DNA of 64,000 nt from a virus (taxonomy: Duplodnaviria > Caudoviricetes). Where the stretch lies: IMG/VR virus record IMGVR_UViG_2926471356_000005, positions 1 through 64,000 of that record. One strand, given 5' to 3'. The notes beneath the pieces were generated by a model, which worked only from the letters and a program-made list of their open reading frames with translations, did no database searches and was not told where the DNA came from. Below are positions 48,584 to 58,300 of this stretch, piece after piece (position 1 is the stretch's first letter; each line of letters starts with the position of its first letter). The position numbers and the translations under genes are program-made.

Positions 48584-48998
48584 TTTCCTCCAGATATTTT
48601 CTTAATCTCTCAAAAGAGCTTGTCCGCCTGTACTGTATCGTGCTTCTCGACGTATTGAACAGTTCCGCAATCTCGGTATCGTTCATTCCCTCGAAGTAAT
48701 ACAGCAGTATGGCTTTGCGCTTTTCTTCCGGCAAAGTACGGATTGCTTCAAGAAGCAGCTTTGGCGTGATTTTCTTCCCGGCTTTCTCAAAGACGGTTTC
48801 AACAGTTTCCCGTTTGAAATATTCATCAAACGTATGAAGCTGTCGCGCTTCGTCTAAGGTCATGTCGGAAAAGGTCACTTCCTTTGCCCTGTGTCTGCGA
48901 AGCTCTCTATGAGTGTCGCACGCTTCATTGTGAAGTACCGTATTACAAAACTTCTGAAAAGCACACTGTTTGTAAAACTCCCTGCTGTTAGGTTCCAC
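48558..48998 (-). CDS. sigma-70 region 4 protein (Tn916 Orf7-like)
   Basis: ILLYYFEGMNDTEIAELFNTSRSTIQYRR. Confidence 0.8.
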   Translation of the reverse strand: MEPNSREFYKQCAFQKFCNTVLHNEACDTHRELRRHRAKEVTFSDMTLDEARQLHTFDEYFKRETVETVFEKAGKKITPKLLLEAIRTLPEEKRKAILLYYFEGMNDTEIAELFNTSRSTIQYRRTSSFERLRKYLEENADEWDEW

Positions 48999-49121
48999 AT
49001 TCTCACCTCCTTTCTCGTTGGAAAGTTGGTGGTGCTTCCCCCTTTTCGCGGGGCAATACGGCGGTTTTCAAAAACGCCGAAGATTTTTTGAAATTTCTTC
49101 AAAAAATTTTTTGAGCAGCAA

Positions 49122-49156
49122 AATGCGCCTGTCCGAAAAGCCCGGACAGGCGCATT
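49122..49156. repeat. 14-bp perfect inverted repeat
   Basis: AATGCGCCTGTCCG/CGGACAGGCGCATT. Confidence 0.7.
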
Positions 49157-49454
49157 GGTATTGTGAGTAGTATTTAGATGATTAGACAGTTCATATATAC
49201 AAGCGTAATTTCCCCCGGTGGTGGTCGGGCTTTTTTTGATGTGTCAATGACCGTCGGATTTTGTCGATATGGTATGTGCTTCATGGCGGCTACCTCCTTT
49301 AGCCGCCGCTTTTAACAGTGATACCGCGTCATTTCTTGAGAAGATAAAAAGAAACGGCGGCTTTGATTTTTCAAAGCTGCTGCGGAAATCAAAGAACGAC
49401 AAGCAACAGTTCTGATTTTGCTCCAATATGGTTATTGGGGGCACAAATTAAATC

Positions 49455-49502
49455 AAAAAAGAGCCGATAACAGCAGTATTTCAAACTGCATATTATCGGC
49501 TC
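49455..49502 (-). terminator. terminator after methyltransferase
   Basis: GAGCCGATAA...TTATCGGCTC plus U-tract. Confidence 0.7.
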
Positions 49503-49533
49503 TGCGTCTGTGCGTCTGGCTCTTTTAATTAAA

Positions 49534-50523
49534 TTATTTTTGTTGTTTTTTGGCTTTATTATATGTATTAGCTAACTGTCCACAAGCTGCTTTAATCTCT
49601 CTACCATGAGAAACTCTCATGGTAACTTCAAGTCCTGTTTGCTCTAATTGATGTTTGAACGCAACCATTTCTTGTTTTTGTGGTGCTCTAATTTTTGAAT
49701 TACTCGTCGGGTTGTATTGCAGCACGTTAATCATAACATTTTTGCCCTTAAACCATTTTGCAAGTTGCCTTATATCTGAGGAACGGTCATTTATACCTGG
49801 TAAAAGCAAATACGCAAATACCACTTTTCGATTATGCCTTTGTGAATAGGACAATGCTTGCTTAACAACATCTTCAATAGCGTACATGTGCATATGAGGA
49901 ATGATACAGTTTCTCACAGCCTGTGTTGCTGCATGTAAAGATATTGTCAACTGAATTTTTAGATGTTCTTCGCGCAATTTTTTTAATTGATTAACTGGAC
50001 CAACTGTTGATATGGTAATGCCGTCGGTTGGAAAGTTAAGTCCATTTCTATCTCGAAGAATATGGATTGCTGCAATCAAGTTGTCGTAATTGAATAAAGG
50101 TTCTCCCATTCCCATAAAAACGATACGATTTACTTTTTGACGTATCAATATGACCTGCTGCACAATTTCAGACGGTGTTAGATTACGAACGAAACCATTG
50201 CGTCCGGACTCACAAAAAATACAGCCAACAGAACAACCAACTTGCGTACTTACGCAAACAGTCCCACCATCTCGCCGTTTAATAAAAACCGTTTCGATAT
50301 ACCTGTTGTCTTTCAATTCATAAACATACTTTTCAGTATCGCTACTTTTATAGACTTTTTTTGTTGATATTGATAGATTTTTTTTGTGAAATGGCTGTTT
50401 ATACAATTTCGCATATAAGGCTCTTGCTTTATCCTCTCCAATTACTTCCGACATTTCTTTGTAAGTAAATCCGTATGGGTCATTCAATATTTCCGTAGGT
50501 GTACTTTTAGGTAAGTGTTTCAT
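49534..50523 (-). CDS. RlmN/Cfr-family radical SAM RNA methyltransferase
   Basis: CVSTQVGCSVGCIFC, MGMGEP, SLH, AACGQL; AT-rich cargo. Confidence 0.9.
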   Translation of the reverse strand: MKHLPKSTPTEILNDPYGFTYKEMSEVIGEDKARALYAKLYKQPFHKKNLSISTKKVYKSSDTEKYVYELKDNRYIETVFIKRRDGGTVCVSTQVGCSVGCIFCESGRNGFVRNLTPSEIVQQVILIRQKVNRIVFMGMGEPLFNYDNLIAAIHILRDRNGLNFPTDGITISTVGPVNQLKKLREEHLKIQLTISLHAATQAVRNCIIPHMHMYAIEDVVKQALSYSQRHNRKVVFAYLLLPGINDRSSDIRQLAKWFKGKNVMINVLQYNPTSNSKIRAPQKQEMVAFKHQLEQTGLEVTMRVSHGREIKAACGQLANTYNKAKKQQK

Positions 50524-50545
50524 TTAATATCCTTCCTTTTCAAAA

Positions 50546-50725
50546 TTAAAAAGTTTGTTTTTCAGAGTTTTTGATTATGATTTCTAATTTTTCAACATCA
50601 ACGATATGTGTTAATTTACATTTAGGGCAGAAAAGAGGAAAATTTCTTAATACCGTATTATAAAATACTTGAACCCTCGTCTTTCCGTTACAAATTGGAC
50701 ATTTTATCCAATATTTTTCAAGCAT
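50546..50725 (-). CDS. cysteine-rich KTR domain protein
   Basis: WIKCPICNGKTR..NFPLFCPKCK. Confidence 0.85.
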   Translation of the reverse strand: MLEKYWIKCPICNGKTRVQVFYNTVLRNFPLFCPKCKLTHIVDVEKLEIIIKNSEKQTF

Positions 50726-50744
50726 AATATTTCTCCTTTTGCGC

Positions 50745-50787
50745 AAAAAAATACAGGTCAATTCTCAACATGAGCATTGACCTGCAT
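50745..50787 (-). terminator. leader terminator (attenuator)
   Basis: ATGCAGGTCAAT...ATTGACCTGTAT then T-tract just before KTR RBS. Confidence 0.75.
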
Positions 50788-50933
50788 TTATACATATAAC
50801 ACTACAACAAAATTAAGGCATAGTTTTTATACTATGTCTATACATCGTTAGTTTTGTTGTATAGCATACGCAAAATAAGCATGACAAAAAAGCCCATATT
50901 GAAAATGGGAAAAATCTTTTTTAATTTCAATGC

Positions 50934-50960
50934 TTATCGAATACGCATGCTATGTAACAT
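50934..50960 (-). CDS. leader peptide MLHSMRIR
   Basis: AAGGGGGG 8 nt upstream; resembles ErmDL MTHSMRLR. Confidence 0.7.
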   Translation of the reverse strand: MLHSMRIR

Positions 50961-50984
50961 AAACATTTCCCCCCTTTTAATAAT

Positions 50985-51013
50985 ACTATACAAAAAAAGC
51001 GGCTAGTTGTCAA
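50985..51013 (-). promoter_or_regulatory. sigma-A promoter of the leader-KTR-methyltransferase operon
   Basis: TTGACA-17-TATAGT. Confidence 0.75.
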
Positions 51014-51107
51014 CATATACATATGAATTATTTTAGTCAACTGATAGAACAGTGTAGACATATCCAAGAGGAAAGGTGAACAGTAAAATGTAATAGGATG
51101 AATAATT

Positions 51108-51461
51108 ATGGCAAAAAGACCAGTACCGAAATACGACTTCAAGGCTTTTGGGGCAGCGATAAAGGCGGCGCGGACAGGGCGCAAGGAGAGCCGCAAGAAA
51201 GTAAGCGACGAAATGTTTATCTCGCCGCGTTACCTTGCGAACATTGAGAACAAGGGGCAGCACCCAAGTTTACAGATTTTCTTTGAGCTTATGCTCCGCT
51301 ACAATATATCCGTAGACCAGTTCCTTTTGGAAACGCCGCCGGAGAAGAACACGCAGCGGCGGCAGCTCGACGCGCTTCTTGACGGTATGAGCGATACAGG
51401 CATACGGATTGTGACCGCAACGGCAAAAGAGATTTCCGAAGTCGAAAAAGAGGGCGAATAG
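51108..51461 (+). CDS. XRE HTH regulator (Tn916 Orf9-like)
   Basis: YDFKAFGAAIK..ISPRYLANIENKGQHPS. Confidence 0.8.
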   Translation: MAKRPVPKYDFKAFGAAIKAARTGRKESRKKVSDEMFISPRYLANIENKGQHPSLQIFFELMLRYNISVDQFLLETPPEKNTQRRQLDALLDGMSDTGIRIVTATAKEISEVEKEGE

Positions 51462-51602
51462 GAATGTCCGGCTTAAAACTGAACAGGATTTAGAAAGCGT
51501 TGCAATCTTTTTTGAATTGCAGCGTTTTTCTTTTGCGGAAGTTTGGCAAAATAGCTTTTTCTCCGTAGTAAGGGATAAGGGCATAAGGGATAAAAACATT
51601 CG

Positions 51603-51702
51603 TAGCAAGCATAGGAAGCGGGTACCCACTTCCGTATTTTCGCCCTCCCGCGCTGCGGCGCGTCGGTTGAAAATGGCTTGTTGGGAAGTGTCCCAAACCC
51701 TC
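51603..51702 (+). repeat. 100-nt structured element, copy 1 (expected oriT region)
   Basis: Matches reverse complement of 58888-58987. Confidence 0.8.
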
Positions 51703-51728
51703 GGAACGGAAAGGAAAGGAGCGAAGCA

Positions 51729-52058
51729 ATGGACGGACGGAAAAGGACGGTGCAAATCAAATTCAGAGTGACGGAAGCGGAACGGGATTTAATACTGGAA
51801 AAAATGAAGCTCGTACCCACCCGGAACATGGCGGCGTATCTGCGGAAGATTGCCATTGACGGGTATATCATTCAGATAGACCACGCCGATATAAAGGCAA
51901 TGACCGCAGAGATACAGAAAATCGGTGTCAACGTCAACCAGATAGCCCGCCGCGTGAACGCGGCGGGGAACGCATACCAAGAGGACATAGAGGAAATAAA
52001 GGGGGTGCTTGCGGAGATATGGCGGTTACAAAGATTAAGCCTGTTAAAAGCACCCTAA
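51729..52058 (+). CDS. mobC: relaxosome accessory protein
   Basis: IKFRVTEAE..IGVNVNQIARRVN. Confidence 0.85.
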   Translation: MDGRKRTVQIKFRVTEAERDLILEKMKLVPTRNMAAYLRKIAIDGYIIQIDHADIKAMTAEIQKIGVNVNQIARRVNAAGNAYQEDIEEIKGVLAEIWRLQRLSLLKAP

Positions 52059-53365
52059 GCAAAGCCCTTGACTATATCGAAAACCCGGACAAGACGGACG
52101 GGAAAATGCTCATATCCTCTTTCGGCTGCTCCTATGAAACGGCAGACATTGAGTTCGGCTATACCCTCTCGCAAGCACTGGATAAGGGCAGCAATTTAGC
52201 CTTTCACTTGATACAGTCCTTTGCGCCGGGGGAAGTGGACTATGAGAAAGCCCACGAAATCGGGAAGCAGCTTGCCGACGCGGTGACAAAGGGGCAGCAT
52301 GAATATGTTGTGACGACGCACATTGACAAGGGGCATATCCATAACCACGTCATTTTTTGCGCGGTGAATTTTGTAGACCATCACAAATACAATTCCAACA
52401 AAAGGAGCTATTACGGCATACGGAACATGAGCGACAAGCTGTGCCGGGAAAATGGCTTGTCCGTCGTCGTCCCCGGCAAGGGCAGCAAGGGAAAGAGCTA
52501 TGCGGAGTACCAGGCAGAAAAGACGGGTACAAGTTGGAAAGGCAAGCTAAAGATTGCCGTTGACGCGCTTATCCCCCAAGTTTCCAGTTTTGAGGAATTG
52601 CTAACGCGGTTACAGGCGGCGGGCTATGAGATAAAGCCGGGGAAATATGTTTCATGCCGCGCCCCCGGACAGGAACGCTTCACCCGCCTAAAAACCCTCG
52701 GCGCAGACTATACAGAGGAAGCCATAAGGGAACGGATAGCGGGCAGACGGGCAAAGGCGGCGAAAGCCCCCAGAGAGCAGCGCGACGTTTCGCTGCTTAT
52801 CGACATTGAGAACAGTATCAAGGCGGCGCAGAGTAAGGGCTATGAACAGTGGGCGAAAATCCACAATCTGAAACAGGCAGCTAAAACCATGAATTTCTTG
52901 ACGGAACACAAGATTGAACAGTACGCGGATTTAGTCAGCCGGATTGAGGAAATGTCAGCGGAAAGCGGACAGGCGGCAGACGCATTGAAGAACGCGGAAA
53001 AGCGGCTTGCGGACATGGCGGTGCTTATCAAGAATGTTTCCACCTACCAAAAGACAAAGCCCGTCTATGACGCATACCGCAAGGCAAGGAACAGGGAGAA
53101 GTACCGCGCCGGACAGGAACAGGCGATTATCCTACATGAAGCCGCCGCAAGGTCGTTGAAAGCGGCGGGCATTGCAAAGCTCCCGAACCTTGCCGCGCTG
53201 CAATCGGAGTATGAAGCCCTCCAAGCGCAGAAAGAAGCCCTTTACGCCGACTATGGGAAGCTGAAAAAGAAAGTCCGGGAATATGATATTATCAAGCAGA
53301 ACATTGACAGCATTTTACAGGCAGACAGGCAGCCGGAACGTGAAAAGGGAACAGAGCGCGGATAA
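52019..53365 (+). CDS. MOBP-family relaxase
   Basis: LDYIENPDKT, HLIQSF, THIDKGHIHNH. Confidence 0.9.
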   Translation: MAVTKIKPVKSTLSKALDYIENPDKTDGKMLISSFGCSYETADIEFGYTLSQALDKGSNLAFHLIQSFAPGEVDYEKAHEIGKQLADAVTKGQHEYVVTTHIDKGHIHNHVIFCAVNFVDHHKYNSNKRSYYGIRNMSDKLCRENGLSVVVPGKGSKGKSYAEYQAEKTGTSWKGKLKIAVDALIPQVSSFEELLTRLQAAGYEIKPGKYVSCRAPGQERFTRLKTLGADYTEEAIRERIAGRRAKAAKAPREQRDVSLLIDIENSIKAAQSKGYEQWAKIHNLKQAAKTMNFLTEHKIEQYADLVSRIEEMSAESGQAADALKNAEKRLADMAVLIKNVSTYQKTKPVYDAYRKARNREKYRAGQEQAIILHEAAARSLKAAGIAKLPNLAALQSEYEALQAQKEALYADYGKLKKKVREYDIIKQNIDSILQADRQPEREKGTERG

Positions 53366-53430
53366 GGATAGCAAAATCCCCGCCGCTGTGCTATGATAAG
53401 GCTATCAAATACAGACAGGAGCGTTGAAGC

Positions 53431-53682
53431 ATGGAAAACCAGAAAATGCCGGAATATGAAACCATACGCGCCGCCGTTGCCGGGGAAAAATGGGCGGTGG
53501 AGAAAGTCGTGGAGTGCTACAAGGACGAAATCGACAGGCTATCGACGGTAGCGGTCAGACAGCCGGACGGAAGCACGAAACAGGAAATCAACGAAGATAT
53601 GCGCCAGTCTATCACAAAGAAGCTGATAGAAGCCCTCCCGCAGTTCCCACTTGAAGAAATGGAAAAGGGAAATGTCAGATAG
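53431..53682 (+). CDS. HTH_16-like protein
   Basis: YETIRAAVAGEKWAVEKV. Confidence 0.65.
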   Translation: MENQKMPEYETIRAAVAGEKWAVEKVVECYKDEIDRLSTVAVRQPDGSTKQEINEDMRQSITKKLIEALPQFPLEEMEKGNVR

Positions 53683-53685
53683 GCA

Positions 53686-53740
53686 AAAAAAGAACAGGAC
53701 GCGGAAGCCGGTATATGACTTCCGCGCCCTGTCTTTTTAT
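53686..53740. terminator. bidirectional terminator
   Basis: ACAGGACGCGGAAG...CTTCCGCGCCCTGT flanked by A/T tracts between convergent genes. Confidence 0.65.
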
Positions 53741-53859
53741 GGGTGCTGTTTTCGTGAATGTTACGCAGTAGAACGCCATTTTCGGGGATAAAGGTATAAA
53801 GTATCGCCTATCCGATTTTCACGCCCGGAAAGCCCTGTAAATCAAGGGATTTTCCGCGC

Positions 53860-54225
53860 CTACTGCGTAACAGGGGTGCGTCTTTTCCTCATGCGCTCGG
53901 CGGCTTGTCTGCGGGTGATACGCTTCCGGCAGACGGGGCAGTATTTGACACTGTTAGAGGTTGACGCAAAGAACGCGCCGCACTCGGTACATTTCTTCTT
54001 ATCCCCTGTCTGGTAAAGCTCCGCATAGAGCAGCCTGTCGGCGGGAAGCACCGCAACCCGGAACCACTTGCAGAGAAGCGAATAGGAAATGAGCTGCGGA
54101 CATACGCATTCGTCTCCGTCGTCCAGTAAGATACAGTTCCCGTTATCATAGTTGCAGCACGTCCGGCGCACAAGGGCGTTGACTTTCCGGCTCTGGGGCG
54201 GCGTCAGCCGCTTAACCCCGTTCAT
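53860..54225 (-). CDS. cysteine-rich VLP domain protein
   Basis: CCNYDNGNC..CKWFRVAVLP. Confidence 0.8.
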   Translation of the reverse strand: MNGVKRLTPPQSRKVNALVRRTCCNYDNGNCILLDDGDECVCPQLISYSLLCKWFRVAVLPADRLLYAELYQTGDKKKCTECGAFFASTSNSVKYCPVCRKRITRRQAAERMRKRRTPVTQ

Positions 54226-54434
54226 ACTTCATCAGCGGCGTAAATGGGAAGCTCTGCAAATTCCGCTTCGGTCAAAGCGTCCACTTTGGAAAGGGTGCGC
54301 TTTGCAAGCTCCCGCATATCCGCGTCCATGTAGGGCAGCGCGGCGTTGACATTCTCAATCAAAGCCCGCTTGCCGCCCTCGTTGTAAATGCTCAAAAGGT
54401 TTGTTTCTTCAACAGTCAGTCTAATCATGCTCAT
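54222..54434 (-). CDS. transposon-transfer assisting (TTRAP-like) protein
   Basis: LTVEETNLLSIY..LTEAEF. Confidence 0.7.
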   Translation of the reverse strand: MSMIRLTVEETNLLSIYNEGGKRALIENVNAALPYMDADMRELAKRTLSKVDALTEAEFAELPIYAADEV

Positions 54435-55384
54435 ACCTCCATATCGTGATTTTTTGTTTTTGCCGCCGCCTTTTTCGGGGCGGTCTTTGCCTTGTCTGCT
54501 TTAAGCTGCGCCCGGATAGAGGGGCGGGGCTTCCTTATCTCCCTGTCCCGGTTCTCCCCCTTGTCAATCAGCGCATACGTCCCATGTCTGCCCTCGATTT
54601 TGGAAAAGGAAAGAGTCTTATAGGGCAGCATGGAGAAAAGGCGGTCAGTGTCCTTTGTGGCTGCAAGCCGCATGAACGCCGGGGAAAGCTCTGCCATGAA
54701 ATGGGTCTTGTTCGGGCTATTCGGCTCATAGTGCCGCTTCATTTCCCGCACAATGCGCCGCGCTTCCGTTTCAATCAGCCCGTCCCGCAAGGCTGTGATA
54801 TGCGCCTTGAAGTCCCCCGGTGGAAGCTGCTCCCGGCTGCGCCGTTCTTCCTGTAAGAGTGATTGCAGCGCGTCCGGGTCGTCGGGTAGGGCTTCAAAGC
54901 GTTCAAACTTCCCAAGCTGCGGGTCTGGGTTGCCGTTGAAGAACCGTCCGGCGGGTATCTCCCTTTCCCCTCGCTCATAAATCAGCTTCACCGTATCGGC
55001 GGGCAGTTCCTTTTCCTTGACGCGCTCATAATGTTTAGCGTAGTCCAGTTCGTACAGATTGCCCTTAATTTTCCCGCGCTCCTTTCCCGTCAGCTCGATT
55101 GCATAGGCAAGGACGCGGTCGCTTGTCTGCTCCATGTAGAAACGCCATGTGTTGTGGGGCGCGGTGTCTTTGAGGAAAACGTCGCGCTCCCGGAAACAGT
55201 GCGTCCCGGACGGGCGGCAGAACCACAAAAGGGTCTTGTCCTCCCTGTTGGGGCTTGCCGCCGCCTTTGCGATAATCTCTTTGTCAATGTCTAAGTCGCT
55301 CTGGTAAAAGCCTGTGTTCTGCTTCATAATCGCTTCAAGGGAAGCGAACAAATCCACGTTTTCAAATTTACTCTGTTCCGGCAT
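54431..55384 (-). CDS. hypothetical ICE protein
   Basis: 317-aa coupled ORF. Confidence 0.65.
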   Translation of the reverse strand: MPEQSKFENVDLFASLEAIMKQNTGFYQSDLDIDKEIIAKAAASPNREDKTLLWFCRPSGTHCFRERDVFLKDTAPHNTWRFYMEQTSDRVLAYAIELTGKERGKIKGNLYELDYAKHYERVKEKELPADTVKLIYERGEREIPAGRFFNGNPDPQLGKFERFEALPDDPDALQSLLQEERRSREQLPPGDFKAHITALRDGLIETEARRIVREMKRHYEPNSPNKTHFMAELSPAFMRLAATKDTDRLFSMLPYKTLSFSKIEGRHGTYALIDKGENRDREIRKPRPSIRAQLKADKAKTAPKKAAAKTKNHDMEV

Positions 55385-55387
55385 GGG

Positions 55388-58300
55388 TCAGCTCCTTTCC
55401 AAGTCCTGTGACTTCTGCTTTGCGTTTTTCTTCTGCGCCTTTTCCTTGTCGGCTCTAAGCTGCGCCCGGATAGAGGGCTTTTTTTCCGGCTTCGCTCCCT
55501 TGCCGCGCTCCTTGTCGGCTTTGACAGCGTTAGCCAGGTCAACAAGGGAAATCTGCTCGCCCGCCTTTACCTTTGCTTCCAGTTCGTCAACGGTGGGGGT
55601 GTTGTTGATGATACCGTCAATCATGTTTCCGTTCTGCTCTATGGTCTGCTCGGCGGTTTTCAAGGGATTGTCCCGCTGCGCCTGTTCTGCGGCAACGGCA
55701 AACGCCCGCGTCCCATTCCCCATAATCAGATACTTTCCGTCGTCCGACTGGTGGTGAAAGCCATATCCGGCGGCTTCTATCTGCTCCCGGCTCATAGCGG
55801 TTACATGGAAAGTCCCTCTCGGTGTTTTGACAGTTTCGCCCGTTTCCAAGTCGTCCGGGGTAAGCTGCTTCTGCTCCTGTAAAAACTCCGGCACTTCCCG
55901 GAAACCTACACTGTCAACGAAATGCGCCGCGTCCTGTCCGTCCTGATGAAGCACTACCACGTCCGAAACGGAAAGGCTGTGTCCCTTAAAATCTTTGGGG
56001 TGGTCGATATTGAAACGGGTGTAAATATCTTCAAGGGAAGTTTCCGGCGCAAGGGGCGCGGAATAGACAAGCTCATAGTTCGCCCTGTCAACCACATTTC
56101 CCGCCGCCTGCAGGCGGTCGTATGGCTCAAAGCGGAAATCCCTTGTTTCGTCCCCGCCTTTTATCTGGTAAATGGAAAAGGTGTCTTTGTCCTGTCCGGC
56201 GGTCTGCGCCGTTTCCTGTGCCTTTGCGTAAAGCTGCTTTACGTCGCCCTCGGTCAGCCCGCCGCTTTTGAGCTGCCCCATAAGCTCGCGGCATTTCTCC
56301 GGCGTTCCCGTATAAAGCACGTCGCCCATTTTCGCCCGCCCGTTCTCCTGTGTCACATAGGCTTGCAAGAGGTGGCTGTTTTCCGGGCTGTCGCCGTAAG
56401 GGTTCCGGCGCATCTTGTAAATCGTTTCCGGGGTAAAGGCTTCTTTCGGGGCTGCGCCCGCCTTTTCCTGTGCGCCGGATTTTCCCGGTGCGGCTGCTTC
56501 CGGCTTCTCTTTCCCGGCTGTATCTGCCTTTGCCGGGGCTTCCGGCTGCGGCTGTTCTTTCGGGGCTGCCTTTTCCTCTCTGGTGGGCTGCTCCTGTCCG
56601 GCGGTCTGCTCCTTGTCCTGTGCCTTTTGCAGCTCCGCAAGATTTTCGTCTATGGAATTGATAATCTCGGCGGCTGCGCTGCGTATCGTTTCAAGGGAGC
56701 TTTTCAGCTCGGACAGCTCCCGCCCGCTGCTCCACCCGGCGACATAGCCGAAAGAGTAGTCCGACGTGTCAAGCCCGTAATGTTGGCAGACAGTATAGGC
56801 GACGCTTTCCGCTTCGACTTCGCGGGTGCGGCGGTCAACGTGGGGCTGCTGCTCGTCCTTTGGCGCGTTGAGGTCAATGTCGTGCAGCTTCGCATGGGCG
56901 ATTTCGTGAATGGCGGTCTTTAAGGTCTGTAATTCGCTCATGCCCTCGTTGATAGCAATGCGCTTGTCCTCCAAGTGGTAGTAGCCATGAGAGCCGCCCT
57001 CGATATTCTCAAAGGCGATAGGAACGGGGGAAGTCTTTTCAAGGGCTGCGAAAAAATCCTTGTAGCGGTCAACGTCGCCCGTCAGCTCGTCAACGGCAAT
57101 ATCCGGCAGCTCCTTTCCCTCGGTCTGGGAAACGTCAAAGACGGATACCACCTTGTAGGCGGGTATGGTGACTTCCTTTTCCTCGGTGACGGGCTTTCCA
57201 TCCTTGCCGATTATGGGCTTCTGTGTGTGCGGGTCGATTTTCTGCATTTCCTGTTTGATTTTATAGGGCGACGGGGCAATGATTTTAATTCCCTTTTGCC
57301 CTTTCATCACGTTTCGCTCAAAGTTATTCTTCCAAGCGGAAAAGCCCGCCACAAGGGAAGCGTCCGGCTTCTGCATGGCGATAAGGACGGTGTTTCGGAA
57401 GCTGTAATTATGGAATTTTGACATGACTTTCAGATATTCCTTGTAACGCTCGCTGTCAAAGAGTTCCGCAATACCCTGTTCCAGACGGTCGGTAATCTCT
57501 TTTAATTTCTCGGCGGGCTTCTCGCTCGTCAGCACGATAGGGATAACCGGGCGCGGCTCCTGTGGCTGCTCTGCGGTCTGCGCGGTTCTCTGCCCCGGCG
57601 CGGCTGCGTCAAAATCTGCTTTTTCCGGGTCGGGGCGTGACCGCTGCGGGGGCTGCGGCGTTACCCGGTATTCCTGTGGAACGTCGCGCCCGTCGTACCA
57701 TTCTGTAAAGGTGTTGCGGTTGTTGTAGATATAGCCCTTTTCGGTAAACATACCGTCGTCGTTAATGGAAGCGTCGCGCCCGTATTCCTCATACATGAAA
57801 TACTTTTTCGCTTCTTCGGGCAGTTCGGGTTCTTCCAGTTCATCAACCAGATAACGCCCGTATTCTTCTTCATTGTGGACGGACGGATAAATCCAGTAGC
57901 AGTCAAGGTTTTGTGCAAGGTTGATGATGTCCTGTAAGCTGTCGGCATGGTCGCCGTATTCAATGGCTGCAATGAATTTCTCCCGGTCGTCGTCAAACTG
58001 CATTTCCAAGAGCTTCCCTAAATAGTTCAGCTCGTCGGGGTGGGAATACTCGCTTAAATGTTCCGCCAAGCCGGGGATAGGGGATTGAAATTCTGTGAAA
58101 TGCCATTCCTCGTAATGCTTGAAGTCAATCCCGATACGGTCAAAGACTTCTTTCAGATGTTCGGCAGTCGTGGGGAACGTCACCCATTCGCCCGCGGGTC
58201 TGCCCTCGGTGTACTTCCCAAGATTGGAAAGATAGCCGCTTAAAATCGGTTCTGCCATTTGTTCGCTCCTTTCTTTTTCAATCATGCGGTGCATAAGCTC

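Noticed and set aside
47948-48658. 236-aa plus-strand ORF
   Set aside because: Antisense to the Orf8-like gene, no recognisable domain.
49534-50523. Calling the gene cfr
   Set aside because: Motifs are RlmN-type (QVGC, MGMGEP); C8 activity cannot be read from sequence.
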